Assembly (NCBI GenBank): GCA_046861645.1
Contig: JBHHUM010000001.1
Coordinates: 27,379-91,378, forward strand
Direction of reading: 5' to 3'
DNA: 64,000 nt
Source: Fidelibacterota bacterium
GTDB lineage: Bacteria > Fidelibacterota > Marinisomatia > Marinisomatales > UBA2128
Shown here: positions 38,106 to 48,357 of the stretch, one piece after another
Layout of the letters: the number at the start of each line of letters is the position of its first letter
Numbering within the stretch: the stretch's first letter is position 1
Position numbers and translations under genes: made by a program
The notes under the pieces: generated by a model
Seen by the model: only the letters and a program-made list of their open reading frames with translations
The model's database searches: none
Told to the model about the DNA's origin: nothing

Positions 38106-39203
38106 GTGAAAAGAACAGCTCTGTATAAGAAACATGTCAAACTTGGGGCAAGAATGACAAGATTCGCAGGATTCGAGATGCCAATCCATTATCAAGGTAT
38201 TGTGCAAGAACACCTAACGGTTAGGAACAGTGTAGGGCTTTTTGATCTTTCACACATGGGAGAATTATATATAACAGGAAAAGGTGCTGAAGCTTTCCTG
38301 CAAAAAATGACAACCAATGATGTTTCCATCCTCGTTCCCGGGCAGGCACAGTATACGGCACTATGTTACGATGATGGGGGTATAGTTGATGATGGTGTTC
38401 TTTACAAGCTTGATTCGTCGTATCTTCTGGTCATTAATGCCAGTAATATTGAGAAAGACTTTTACTGGTTGCAAGATCATCTTAATGAAGAAGTGGAGTT
38501 AAGTAATGCATCTGATCATACCAGCTTGATAGCTATACAGGGTCCTCAGGCACGAGAAGTGCTCCTGTCCGTTATTAATGATAAACATCTACTGGTTAAT
38601 TTACCGTTTTACTATTGTACTGAAGCAACTATTGGTACAGTTGATCTGTTACTGGCAAGAACGGGTTATACTGGTGAGTTAGGATACGAATTGTACATAG
38701 ATGGTGAGGAGGTTGAAATTGTCTGGGACGCTCTATGGTCTGTTGGTCAGGAATATGGAATTGTTGCGGTAGGTCTTGGAGCCCGGGATACCCTTAGATT
38801 GGAAATGAAGTACTGTCTATATGGTCAGGATATAGATGCAACAACCAACACATTAGAAAGTGGTTTAGGGTGGATTACTAAATTGGAAAAGGGAGACTTT
38901 ATTGGACGGAGGGCATTGGAACAGATTAGACAACAGGGTCTGTCTCGAAGATTATCTGCTTTTATGATACAAAACCGGGGAATCCCTCGTCATGGGTATA
39001 GCATCTTTAAAAATGGAGTTGAAATAGGAATCGTAACAAGTGGGACTCACTCACCCTCTTTGGGTATCGGAATTGGTCTCGGTTATGTGGATGTCCCTTA
39101 CCACCAGGTTGGAACAGAAATTGAAATTGATTTACGGGGGAAATCTGTACCAGCAGTGATAGTAAAACCTCCTTTTTGGAAAAAGGGATCATTGTTGAAT
39201 TAA
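38106..39203 (+). CDS. gcvT: Glycine cleavage system aminomethyltransferase GcvT
   Basis: TALYKKHVKLGARMTRFAGFEMPIHYQG, SHMGEL and RTGYTGELGYE are present. It has a GTG start. Confidence 0.95.
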   Translation: MKRTALYKKHVKLGARMTRFAGFEMPIHYQGIVQEHLTVRNSVGLFDLSHMGELYITGKGAEAFLQKMTTNDVSILVPGQAQYTALCYDDGGIVDDGVLYKLDSSYLLVINASNIEKDFYWLQDHLNEEVELSNASDHTSLIAIQGPQAREVLLSVINDKHLLVNLPFYYCTEATIGTVDLLLARTGYTGELGYELYIDGEEVEIVWDALWSVGQEYGIVAVGLGARDTLRLEMKYCLYGQDIDATTNTLESGLGWITKLEKGDFIGRRALEQIRQQGLSRRLSAFMIQNRGIPRHGYSIFKNGVEIGIVTSGTHSPSLGIGIGLGYVDVPYHQVGTEIEIDLRGKSVPAVIVKPPFWKKGSLLN

Positions 39204-39207
39204 TTTT

Positions 39208-41586
39208 ATGAGAAATCGTACATTTGAAATCTTAGGTATCTTACTCATAATTATCTCAGTATTTATACTCCTGAGCTTATTAACCTATAAGCCTTATGAA
39301 GAACCAACTATTTCTCCAGATGTGGTAATAGAAAATGCCATGGGAATTCTAGGTGTTTATGTATCCTTTTACCTTATCAAATTTACTTTTGGTTGGGCTG
39401 CCTTTGTTCTACCAGTGCTAGGTATTGTGTGGGGTTGGTGGCTTTTCAGTGGAAAGAAGTCAACTCCTTTATCTCGTCTGACGTTTTATACCTTATCTCT
39501 TGCTTTGCTTACTTCTGTTTCAATTGGTATTCAGGCTGTCTATTATGATCTAAACTATGACAATTCAGGTTTGTTAGGAGGTCTGCTGGCTAATTTGTTA
39601 TACAATTTCCTGGGAACTATAGGTTCAATCCTGTTTCTGATCGGTGCTGCACTAATCTTAATCCGGGGATATTTTAATATCAGTTTCTATGCTCTCTTCG
39701 ATAAAGTAGGAAGTTATTTATTAACATTGATAGCACAACAAAAGGCAATACTATCAGATAAACGCAAAGAAAAAGAAAAGCGGAAGCATACTTCCAAGTT
39801 GTTGACAAAATTAAAAGAAAAGAGGACATCTGAATTTGAACAGGAATCCAAAGATGCTGAGATAAAACCTGCAGCTGATTATCCAGTTGGGGAAAAAGTC
39901 AGACCTGAAGGTAGTGCTATTACTCCACCTCCTTCCCAGGCTGGGTCTGATGATGAAGTAGTAGAGAAAAAAGTAGTTGAATCAATTTCAGATCAGGGAA
40001 GAGATTCCGAAGCCGATTCCGCAAAGGTACCTCCTGAGCAAGATATACAAGCTATTCAGATTGGGGAAGAGGTCATGGAAGCAGAAGTGGATCTTAAACC
40101 TGGGAAATTGCAGGTTTCTAGAAGGAAATATGTCCTTCCTTCTACAGATCTATTGAACCGCTATGAAGATGCGGCTCCAAGTACCAGTCATGAGGAATTG
40201 GTGGATAAAGCCAACTTCTTGGTCCAGTCCTTGCAAACCTTCGGAGTATTGGGTACTGTAGTAAATATTTCACCCGGTCCTATCATTACACTTTTTGAAG
40301 TTGAACCTGCTGAGGGAGTAAGGGTAAATAAGTTTATTCAATTATCAGATGATTTGGCTCGTGTTATGGAAGCGCCTCGAGTGCGGATTATTGCGCCCAT
40401 TCCTGGAAAATCATCAGTAGGTATTGAGATTCCAAATAAAAGACCTTCTATAGTTTATCTGCGTTCGGTAGCAAAATCGGAACGGTTTGCGCAATCCGAA
40501 TCTAAATTAGCAGTAGCTCTGGGTAAGACTACCAGTGGAGAATCTTATATCATTGAATTAAATAAACTACCCCATTTGCTTGTAGCGGGCACAACAGGTT
40601 CAGGGAAATCGGTTTGCATTAATACCATCATCACCAGTATTCTTTTTCGTTCTTCACCCGAAGATGTACGTTTTATTCTAATCGATCCCAAAAAGCTTGA
40701 ATTGGCTGCTTATCGAGCACTGGAAAATCATCATCTTTTGTCCAGCGATGATGTAGACGAACTGGTTATGACTACACCGGAAAATGCTGTTTCTGCCCTC
40801 CGAGCTGCAGAACAGGAGATGAACCGTCGTTACGATGTTTTTGCTGAGGCTGTGGTTCGAAATATTGATGAATATCGTACCAGGGCAGAAAACAATAACG
40901 AGAGGGAGAAAATGCCTTACATTGTGGTTATTATTGATGAGTTAGCGGACCTTATGCTCAGAGCACCTAAAGAAGTAGAAGCCCCTATAGCCCGTCTGGC
41001 TCAGATGTCTAGAGCAGTAGGTATACACCTTGTTGTAGCGACTCAGCGTCCCTCTGTTGACGTTATTACTGGAGTAATTAAGGCTAATTTCCCAGCCCGT
41101 ATTGCCTTTCAAGTAGCTTCTCGTATTGATTCTCGAACTATTTTAGATGCTAATGGTGCAGAAAAACTATTAGGGAAGGGTGATATGCTTTTCATGCCTC
41201 CAGGTTCATCTTCTTTAATCCGTTTACATAACTCATTTGTCACTTTAGAAGAAATTAATCGGATTGTTAACCATGTCTCCAGGCAACCTTCAGCCGAGGA
41301 GATGAAACTCAAGGGAGCCAGTGTACAGTTAAGTGGCATTGAGGGGGGAGAAGATATTCAGACTGATGATGAACTTCTCACAGAAGCAATTAAGTTGGTA
41401 GTAATTCATCAGCAGGGGTCTATCTCTCTCCTGCAACGTAGATTGAGAGTGGGCTATTCCAGGGCGGCCAGGTTAATTGACATGATGGAACAGTTAGGTA
41501 TTGTTGGCCCATTTACCGGCAGTAAAGCTCGGGAAGTTCTGGTGGATGAATCCTATCTCCAGATGCTGGATGATGATGCCGAATAG
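39208..41586 (+). CDS. ftsK: DNA translocase FtsK
   Basis: It has N-terminal TM helices, a K/E/P-rich linker, a motor domain with Walker A GTTGSGKSVCIN and Walker B VVIIDELADL, and a C-terminal gamma domain (LLQRRLRVGYSRAARLID). Confidence 0.97.
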   Translation: MRNRTFEILGILLIIISVFILLSLLTYKPYEEPTISPDVVIENAMGILGVYVSFYLIKFTFGWAAFVLPVLGIVWGWWLFSGKKSTPLSRLTFYTLSLALLTSVSIGIQAVYYDLNYDNSGLLGGLLANLLYNFLGTIGSILFLIGAALILIRGYFNISFYALFDKVGSYLLTLIAQQKAILSDKRKEKEKRKHTSKLLTKLKEKRTSEFEQESKDAEIKPAADYPVGEKVRPEGSAITPPPSQAGSDDEVVEKKVVESISDQGRDSEADSAKVPPEQDIQAIQIGEEVMEAEVDLKPGKLQVSRRKYVLPSTDLLNRYEDAAPSTSHEELVDKANFLVQSLQTFGVLGTVVNISPGPIITLFEVEPAEGVRVNKFIQLSDDLARVMEAPRVRIIAPIPGKSSVGIEIPNKRPSIVYLRSVAKSERFAQSESKLAVALGKTTSGESYIIELNKLPHLLVAGTTGSGKSVCINTIITSILFRSSPEDVRFILIDPKKLELAAYRALENHHLLSSDDVDELVMTTPENAVSALRAAEQEMNRRYDVFAEAVVRNIDEYRTRAENNNEREKMPYIVVIIDELADLMLRAPKEVEAPIARLAQMSRAVGIHLVVATQRPSVDVITGVIKANFPARIAFQVASRIDSRTILDANGAEKLLGKGDMLFMPPGSSSLIRLHNSFVTLEEINRIVNHVSRQPSAEEMKLKGASVQLSGIEGGEDIQTDDELLTEAIKLVVIHQQGSISLLQRRLRVGYSRAARLIDMMEQLGIVGPFTGSKAREVLVDESYLQMLDDDAE

Positions 41587-42205
41587 TCTCTGTAATAGAA
41601 CTCTTTTTCTCATAAACTTATTCCTTTTCAGTAGCCTTCTATCAGGAAGTGATAAATATCATCCCGATGATGTTATTAATCAAATTCGATCCGCTATCCT
41701 GGCTCCGGGAGGATACAGTTTTGATGTTTTATGGACTTATGAGTATGATGATGATTTATGGTCGGGAGAGGGTGATTTGAAAGTTCTTAGAGGGAATTAC
41801 CTATTATTGACTCTTGATCATCAACAGGTTTTAATAAAGAATGATACGCTTTTTACCTTTTATCATGAGACAGGTCAGGTAGTTGCAGATTGGTTTGATC
41901 GTAAGGATCCGGCTAACTTTTTCTCTATCCTTTTAGGTGAATTGCCAAGTTTTAAAGTGATTGAAGTGAAGGATCAGTCTGATTCACAGGTTGCAGTGAC
42001 TCTTCGAGCGGATACCATGGTAGGATTTGATCAATTAAGCATCATAGTTGATAGTCAAACATGGCTTCCCATTTCCATGACAGCTGAGGCCGGAGAGGAT
42101 ATCCTCGTAAGTGTAGTAATTAATAAAGTGGAAACTTTAGCTGATCCTTTCGATCTTATTCACGGTATACTCAAGGGTACAGAATTTATTGATCTCAGAA
42201 AGTAG
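41570..42205 (+). CDS. LolA-like outer-membrane lipoprotein carrier family protein (tentative)
   Basis: It has a signal peptide (LFLINLFLFSSLLSG) and is about 210 aa. The position immediately after ftsK matches the ftsK-lolA synteny of many Gram-negatives. Sequence similarity was not checked. Confidence 0.45.
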   Translation: MMMPNSLCNRTLFLINLFLFSSLLSGSDKYHPDDVINQIRSAILAPGGYSFDVLWTYEYDDDLWSGEGDLKVLRGNYLLLTLDHQQVLIKNDTLFTFYHETGQVVADWFDRKDPANFFSILLGELPSFKVIEVKDQSDSQVAVTLRADTMVGFDQLSIIVDSQTWLPISMTAEAGEDILVSVVINKVETLADPFDLIHGILKGTEFIDLRK

Positions 42206-42206
42206 C

Positions 42207-43190
42207 ATGATCAAAGTTATTATAGGATTAATCTTTAGTTTGGGGGGGTTATATTTGGCCTTTAAAGATATTAATCTTATAGCCTTAGGAAATGTTTTCT
42301 CCAACGCTTCTGTTGGATGGATTATCCTAGCTGTTGTATTAATGATTCTCAGCGTTTGGATCAGAGCCGTTCGTTGGCAAGCATTAATGGATCCAATAAA
42401 AAAGGTTCCTATAAAAGAACTTTATTCTGCCACAATGATCGGGTATTTTGGTAATTCTGTTCTACCTATGAGATTAGGGGAAATCTTGCGTGCGTACGCC
42501 CTGGGAAAAAGTGATCCATCAGTCAGTCGGGCAGCCGTATTCGGGACGATTGTAATTGAGCGTTTCGTGGATATGATAGGAGCCCTGGTATTGATGGTAT
42601 TATTCTTTTTACTTTATGATGTTCCTCAGGTATTGAAACAAGGAGGTGTGATTTTAGCTGGAATAGTTGTTGCTTTCATCCTGATATTGTGGTGGTTAGT
42701 AAAAAACCATGAAGATTGGATTAAGAAGTACGAAGAAGCATCAGATTTTCAAGAGGGTGCTTGGGGGCAACTTCGTCAGATTTTCAATTCCTTTATACAG
42801 GGATTAATTGCACTGAGTACAGTACAGAAAAAGGGCGCTGTTATTGCTATTTCAGCTCTACTATGGGGTATTTATCTGGTGATAACTTATTTGTCTGGCC
42901 TGGCAGTCCATGAGACACTTACTTGGATAGAAGCCGGGGTAATTCTGATTGGTACAACGATGGTTATCGCAGTTCCTTCTGCGCCGGGATATATTGGTAC
43001 TTATCATGCTTCGGCTATATTCATTTTAGTACAAGTATTTAATCGGGAAATAGCCGGTGCCCAAGCCTATGCTTTATTAAATCATGCCGTTGGCTTCATC
43101 CCACTCGTAGTAGTCGGTGCTTATTTTTTCCTGAGTAGTTCTATAAAAATAAACGACTTAAGCAGGTTAAAGATTGAATCAATTGAATAA
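42207..43190 (+). CDS. Flippase-like / UPF0104 (lysylphosphatidylglycerol-synthase TM region) family membrane protein
   Basis: This is a polytopic protein with the family-typical WIRAVRWQALM and GYFGNSVLPMRLGE motifs. ATG 42207 is preferred as the start. Confidence 0.6.
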   Translation: MIKVIIGLIFSLGGLYLAFKDINLIALGNVFSNASVGWIILAVVLMILSVWIRAVRWQALMDPIKKVPIKELYSATMIGYFGNSVLPMRLGEILRAYALGKSDPSVSRAAVFGTIVIERFVDMIGALVLMVLFFLLYDVPQVLKQGGVILAGIVVAFILILWWLVKNHEDWIKKYEEASDFQEGAWGQLRQIFNSFIQGLIALSTVQKKGAVIAISALLWGIYLVITYLSGLAVHETLTWIEAGVILIGTTMVIAVPSAPGYIGTYHASAIFILVQVFNREIAGAQAYALLNHAVGFIPLVVVGAYFFLSSSIKINDLSRLKIESIE

Positions 43191-43755
43191 GGTTGTTTTT
43201 CTTGATCGAGATGGAACTCTCAATCCTGATCCGGGATATATTTCTACTATTGAAGATTATGAATTTTATCCGGACACCTTATCATCATTGTCTACTTTAG
43301 TGGAACGTGGCTACAAATTTGTCATAGTTACTAATCAATCCGGTATTGCCAGAGGATTCATTCAAAAGGACGCTTTAGATGAAATTCACAGGTATATTGA
43401 AACAAAATTTTCCAGCGCTGGAATTTCACTGCTAGGGATTTATTGCTGCACTCATCATCCTGAAGAAGATTGCAACTGCCGAAAACCTGCAACAGGACTC
43501 ATTGAAGACGCTGCTACCCAACACAATATCGATCTTTCTTCTGCAGTCATGATAGGTGATACTGTTGCGGATGTGCAAGCGGGTAAATCGCTTGGAATGT
43601 CGACTTGTTTAGTGCGTACAGGAAGAGGCAGGAAAGAGGAGTTGATATTGAGAAGGAATAGGATTGAACCTGATTTTGTTGGAGATAATTTAACTGCTTG
43701 TACTTCTTTTATTCTTGGAGAATCCACAGTCATGGATGAGGAATTTAACGGATGA
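43174..43755 (+). CDS. gmhB: D-glycero-beta-D-manno-heptose-1,7-bisphosphate 7-phosphatase (HAD-IIIA)
   Basis: It has VFLDRDGTLN, the zinc site C.HHPEEDCNCRKP and GDTVADVQAG. Confidence 0.85.
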   Translation: MNQLNKVVFLDRDGTLNPDPGYISTIEDYEFYPDTLSSLSTLVERGYKFVIVTNQSGIARGFIQKDALDEIHRYIETKFSSAGISLLGIYCCTHHPEEDCNCRKPATGLIEDAATQHNIDLSSAVMIGDTVADVQAGKSLGMSTCLVRTGRGRKEELILRRNRIEPDFVGDNLTACTSFILGESTVMDEEFNG

Positions 43756-44660
43756 AAATAGCAGTATTAATGGGTGGAAACTCTTCCGAACACGACATAT
43801 CGCTTACAACAGGGGAAGCAGTAACGAGGACCCTATTAAAAATGGGACACGAAGCTATTGCTTGTCCTTATGAAAAGAATATTTCTGAAGTATCCCCCCT
43901 CCTTCAGGAAGCTGAACTGGTCTTTAACGCCCTCCATGGTGGAGAAGGTGAAGATGGCACTATTCAACAATTCTTAGAAGGAAATAATATCTGTTATACA
44001 GGTTCCGGTCCTGAAGCCAGTGTCCTGGCGATGGATAAACATCAAACCAAAGCACTGCTCAAAAAGAATCATATATTGACTCCTTCATGGCTTCATCTGA
44101 AACTGAATGAAAATGATAATGTAGATTATAGCGATGAGAAATTTACTTTCCCGGTAGTGGTTAAACCAAACGGAGAAGGTAGCACACTGGGATTCTCTCT
44201 AGTAGAAAAAACTTTTGATCTAGATGAAGCAATTACTTTTGCTACTCAGTTTGATTCCAGGATCTTAGTAGAAGAATACATTCCAGGACGGGAAATAACT
44301 GTTGCGATTTTACACGATGAAGCACTTCCCATAGTGGAAATCAAACCGTCTCACAACTTTTATGACTATACTTGTAAATATACACCCGGTATGTCTCAAT
44401 ATATCTGTCCAGCAGATCTAAATACCAATTTGACTGAGGAGATTCAAAAGGTATCATTACAGATATTTCAACTCTTGGGATGTCGGCATTACGCCCGGGT
44501 AGATTTTCGTCTAAATCCTGAAAATAAGTTCTATTGTCTGGAAGTAAACACCCTTCCAGGAATGACGGGGACCAGTTTGGTTCCCAAAGCTGCTGAGGCT
44601 GCTGGATTGACTTTCTCCAAATTGATTTCAGAAATAATTAACATGGCAATTAATGACTGA
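43752..44660 (+). CDS. ddl: D-alanine--D-alanine ligase
   Basis: KIAVLMGGNSSEHDISL, LHGGEGEDGTIQ, an ATP-grasp domain and EVNTLPGMT are present. Confidence 0.95.
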   Translation: MKIAVLMGGNSSEHDISLTTGEAVTRTLLKMGHEAIACPYEKNISEVSPLLQEAELVFNALHGGEGEDGTIQQFLEGNNICYTGSGPEASVLAMDKHQTKALLKKNHILTPSWLHLKLNENDNVDYSDEKFTFPVVVKPNGEGSTLGFSLVEKTFDLDEAITFATQFDSRILVEEYIPGREITVAILHDEALPIVEIKPSHNFYDYTCKYTPGMSQYICPADLNTNLTEEIQKVSLQIFQLLGCRHYARVDFRLNPENKFYCLEVNTLPGMTGTSLVPKAAEAAGLTFSKLISEIINMAIND

Positions 44661-45162
44661 GGATAGTAAAAAGCGGTTCTGGTTAGCAGTTTATACTAAA
44701 CCTAGGCAAGAAAAGGTAGCTGATAAAAATCTTCAGGAAAAAGGGATTGAATCTTATTTGCCTTTGGTGAAAAGAACTCGTCAATGGAAAGACCGCAAGA
44801 AAAAGATATGGATGCCTCTATTTAGGAGTTACCTCTTTGTGAGAATTCCTCTTAAAAATACTTTGCATGTACTTCAAACTTATGGGGTTCATCATATTGT
44901 ACGGTTCAATAACGCTTATGGTATAGTTCCTGATCATCAAATTGAAGCTATTCGTCAAATTTTAGAAGGAGGGTTTGTCCCAGAGAATGATGATTATTTT
45001 GAAGTTGGAGAAGAGGTTGAAATCATTTATGGTCCTTTACAGGGGATAAGGGGGATTATTACCACTAAACGAGGAGAGACTAAATTCATTTTAAAGGTAG
45101 ATGGGATATATCAAGCTATTTCTGTCCATATTGATTCCAACTGGTTGGTTAAGGTCAAATGA
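44653..45162 (+). CDS. UpxY/RfaH-like NusG-paralog transcription antitermination protein
   Basis: The NGN domain is WLAVYTKPRQEKVADKNLQEKGIESYLPL...PLFRSYLFVR and the KOW domain is VGEEVEIIYGPLQGIRGII. It is 169 aa and distinct from the bona fide nusG at 49275. Confidence 0.75.
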   Translation: MTEDSKKRFWLAVYTKPRQEKVADKNLQEKGIESYLPLVKRTRQWKDRKKKIWMPLFRSYLFVRIPLKNTLHVLQTYGVHHIVRFNNAYGIVPDHQIEAIRQILEGGFVPENDDYFEVGEEVEIIYGPLQGIRGIITTKRGETKFILKVDGIYQAISVHIDSNWLVKVK

Positions 45163-46562
45163 CATTAAAACTGTATAATACATTAACGAAAAAGAAAGAG
45201 AAATTTAAACCCCTGAATGGGAATCAGGTGAAGATTTATAGCTGTGGTCCAACGGTCTATACCAATGCCCATATCGGAAATTTCAGAACCTTCGTGTTTG
45301 TAGATTTTCTGAAGAGATATCTTCAATACCGTGGTTATGAAGTTTATCATGTCATGAACATTACTGATGTGGATGATAAAATTATTCAGCAATGTAGTTT
45401 AAAGGGAAAAACGAGGGAAGAACTTGCTGAAAAATACACGGAAACGTTTTTTCGTGATATGAAATCCTTAAATCTTATTCCAGCATCTTTGTCTCCTATA
45501 GCGACGGATCACATTAAAGAGATGCAAAAACTTATCAAACAACTTATCAAGAGAAAATATGCTTATCAAACTGAGGATGGTTCTGTGTTTTTCAAGTTAT
45601 CAGAATTCTCTACTTATGGTCGATTGTCCAGAATAGATAGGGCAGGATTATCACAAACTGAACGAGTTTTAAATGATGAGTATGGAAAAGAAAGTATTCA
45701 CGACTTTGCACTCTGGAAGGCCTGGAAGGAGGAGGATGGTGATATTGGATGGGACTCACCTTGGGGGAGAGGTCGACCTGGTTGGCATATAGAATGTTCG
45801 GCCATGTCAATGCTCTACTTGGGTGAGGACTTCGATATACACACAGGAGGAGTGGATCTTATTTTTCCTCATCATGAGAATGAGATTGCCCAAAGTGTCT
45901 GTGCCACAGGAAGTGGTTTTGCCAGATATTGGATTCATTGTGAACATCTATTGGTTGATGGTTCGAAAATGAGTAAATCGGCCGGTAACTATTATACTTT
46001 ACGTGATCTTATAAATAGAGGTTTTTCTCTAGCAGCCATCAGATATTTATTACTTGCTACCCATTATAGACAGAAAGTGAACTTAACTTTCGATGGTTTA
46101 AGAGCTGCTACAAATGCAGTAAGTAGACTTCAAGAATTAAGACGCAGGCTGCAGATGACAGTTAATGATTCAAGTACTACACCATTAAGAAGTCCAGAAA
46201 TGGATTTCAGGAATGCACTGGACAATGATCTGAACATTTCAGTTGGATTAGCGGTATTATTCAATTGGCTTAGGGAGTTAAATCGTAAACTGGATACCAA
46301 CACTATTTCCAGGGAAGCTGTTCAGGTAGCTCTTGCTTTTCTTCATGGAATTGATTCCGTTTTAGGTGTGATTGAGGGTGATGAATTGAAGCTCAGCGAA
46401 GAGGACCTGGAATTAATTGAAGAGAGGGAAGCAGCTCGGCGGAGCAAAAATTGGTCTCGTGCTGATGAAATTCGAGAGTATTTTCTTGGAAAAGGAATTG
46501 TTTTAGAGGATACACCAAAGGGCACTATTGCAGTACCTTTAAGTCCGGAAATTGGTTCCTAA
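45159..46562 (+). CDS. cysS: Cysteine--tRNA ligase
   Basis: It has the HIGH motif (TVYTNAHIGNFRT), zinc/cysteine-site residues (PGWHIECS), the KMSKS motif (GSKMSKSAGN) and HHENE. Confidence 0.97.
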   Translation: MTLKLYNTLTKKKEKFKPLNGNQVKIYSCGPTVYTNAHIGNFRTFVFVDFLKRYLQYRGYEVYHVMNITDVDDKIIQQCSLKGKTREELAEKYTETFFRDMKSLNLIPASLSPIATDHIKEMQKLIKQLIKRKYAYQTEDGSVFFKLSEFSTYGRLSRIDRAGLSQTERVLNDEYGKESIHDFALWKAWKEEDGDIGWDSPWGRGRPGWHIECSAMSMLYLGEDFDIHTGGVDLIFPHHENEIAQSVCATGSGFARYWIHCEHLLVDGSKMSKSAGNYYTLRDLINRGFSLAAIRYLLLATHYRQKVNLTFDGLRAATNAVSRLQELRRRLQMTVNDSSTTPLRSPEMDFRNALDNDLNISVGLAVLFNWLRELNRKLDTNTISREAVQVALAFLHGIDSVLGVIEGDELKLSEEDLELIEEREAARRSKNWSRADEIREYFLGKGIVLEDTPKGTIAVPLSPEIGS

Positions 46563-46613
46563 AAATATTACGTTAACATAATAAATTTTTTTTCTGTTAT
46601 TTTACATAATTTA

Positions 46614-46642
46614 TTGACATACTGATAATATATAGATAAATT
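46614..46642 (+). promoter_or_regulatory. Sigma-70-like promoter upstream of the tRNA-tuf cluster
   Basis: TTGACA (46614-46619), a 17-nt spacer, then TAAATT (46637-46642), in an AT-rich context with an upstream T-run. It lies about 135 nt upstream of tRNA-Thr. This is a sequence match only. Confidence 0.35.
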
Positions 46643-46779
46643 TCAAGGCTATGCATTTCTCTCATCATATTAGTGATCTCAGTGTGTGCAATACGGTTGA
46701 AAAGTTTCGGCATGAATTTGGATTAATGAATTTGGGTTCCCGACAAACCACCACAACTCAGCAGTTTGAGTCCAGACGT

Positions 46780-46852
46780 GCCGATATAGCTCAACTGGTA
46801 GAGCAGCTGATTTGTAATCAGCAGGTTGGGGGTTCGAGTCCCTCTATCGGCT
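46780..46852 (+). tRNA. tRNA-Thr (anticodon UGU)
   Basis: Manual cloverleaf: acceptor GCCGATA/TATCGGC, D stem GCTC/GAGC, anticodon stem GCTGA/TCAGC with loop TTTGTAA, and T arm GGGGG-TTCGAGT-CCCTC. It is 73 nt with no encoded CCA. Confidence 0.9.
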
Positions 46853-47035
46853 CTATTGAATTTGATGATTTTCTGATGGTTTTTAATAATAGACTTCATA
46901 GTGTCCAAAATTTCATTATTGACAGGTAACATACTCGGTGCATTTCTTCTGCTAGACAGACTAAGAGGGAATAGTTAATTCAACCATGAAAGCACAGAAA
47001 GACAGAGATCGTTTTCAATCCCTGACAAATAATTT

Positions 47036-47118
47036 GGGGAGATGGCAGAGTGGTCAAATGCACCAGACTGTAAATCTGGCGGCGGAAGCCTACGGTGGTT
47101 CAAATCCATCTCTCCCCA
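47036..47118 (+). tRNA. tRNA-Tyr (anticodon GUA), long variable arm
   Basis: The acceptor is GGGGAGA/TCTCCCC, the anticodon stem is CCAGA/TCTGG with loop CTGTAAA, the variable arm is 14 nt (CGGCGGAAGCCTAC), and the T arm is GGTGG-TTCAAAT-CCATC. It is 83 nt. Confidence 0.9.
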
Positions 47119-47165
47119 CAGATTTCGGTTGTGGTCAGGATGCAGCTGATGCAGCCCTAAGGAAT

Positions 47166-47238
47166 GCGGCGGTAGCTCAGTTGGTAGAGCATCAGCCTTC
47201 CAAGCTGAGGGTCGCGAGTTCGAACCTCGTCCGCCGCT
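47166..47238 (+). tRNA. tRNA-Gly (anticodon UCC)
   Basis: The acceptor is GCGGCGG/CCGCCGC, the anticodon stem is TCAGC/GCTGA with loop CTTCCAA, and the T arm is GCGAG-TTCGAAC-CTCGT. It is 73 nt. Confidence 0.9.
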
Positions 47239-47258
47239 CTAGGCACGAAAGATCTTGT

Positions 47259-47331
<73 letters not shown>

Positions 47332-47349
47332 CATTTTCTCTCAACTGAA

Positions 47350-48357
47350 GGAGGAAAAGCAATGGCAAAGGCTAAGTTTGAGCGCAGCAAACCCCACTTG
47401 AATGTGGGCACGATAGGCCACGTTGATCATGGTAAGACGACGTTAACGGCGGCCATGACATTGATACTATCCAAGCGCGGATTGAGTGAGATCCGATCGT
47501 TTGATAGTATTGACAATGCACCGGAGGAGCGGGAGCGGGGCATCACGATCCAGACGGCTCATGTCGAATACGAGACGGAGCATCGCCACTATGCACATAT
47601 AGACTGTCCGGGGCACGCGGACTACATCAAGAACATGATCACAGGTGCGGCTCAGATGGATGGAGCGATTTTAGTTGTCAGTGCAGCTGATGGGCCCATG
47701 CCACAGACCCGGGAGCATGTTTTGCTGGCACGTCAGGTGAACGTCCCGGCTATTGTAGTCTACTTAAACAAGACGGATCAGGTAGATGATCCGGAGCTTA
47801 TCGAGTTGGTGGAGTTGGAGCTGCGGGAGTTATTGAGTGAGTATGAATTTCCTGGGGATGATATACCCATTATCAAGGGGAGTGCGTTGGAGGCTTTGAA
47901 TAATCCGGATGATGAGGAGAAGACGCGCAGCATCATCGAGTTGGTAGATGCTGTAGACAGCTACATACCGGAGCCGGAGCGTGACATAGACAAGCCGTTT
48001 TTGATGCCGGTGGAGGATGTTTTTTCCATCACGGGCAGGGGGACGGTAGGTACGGGTCGAATTGAACGGGGGATAGTGAAGGTTGGTGACGAGGTGGAGA
48101 TCATCGGATTAGGGGAACATGAGAAGACGGTAGTGACAGGCGTGGAGATGTTCCGCAAGGAGCTGGACGAGGGCCAGGCTGGAGACAATGCGGGGTTACT
48201 GTTGCGGGGGATTGACAAGGAGTGGTTGAAGCGGGGCATGGTAGTGTCGAAGCCGGGGAGTATCACACCGCATACGAAGTTCAAGGCGGAGGTTTACATA
48301 TTGAAGAAGGAAGAGGGTGGACGACACACTCCGTTTTTCAATGGTTACCGTCCGCAG
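47350..48357 (+). repeat. Direct repeat copy A (tuf plus 12 nt of leader), identical to 62993-64000
   Basis: Line-by-line comparison shows no mismatch. Identity begins at GGAGGAAAAGCA, 12 nt before the ATG. The track's antisense ORFs 47961-48284 and 63604-63927 have identical translations. Confidence 0.9.
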
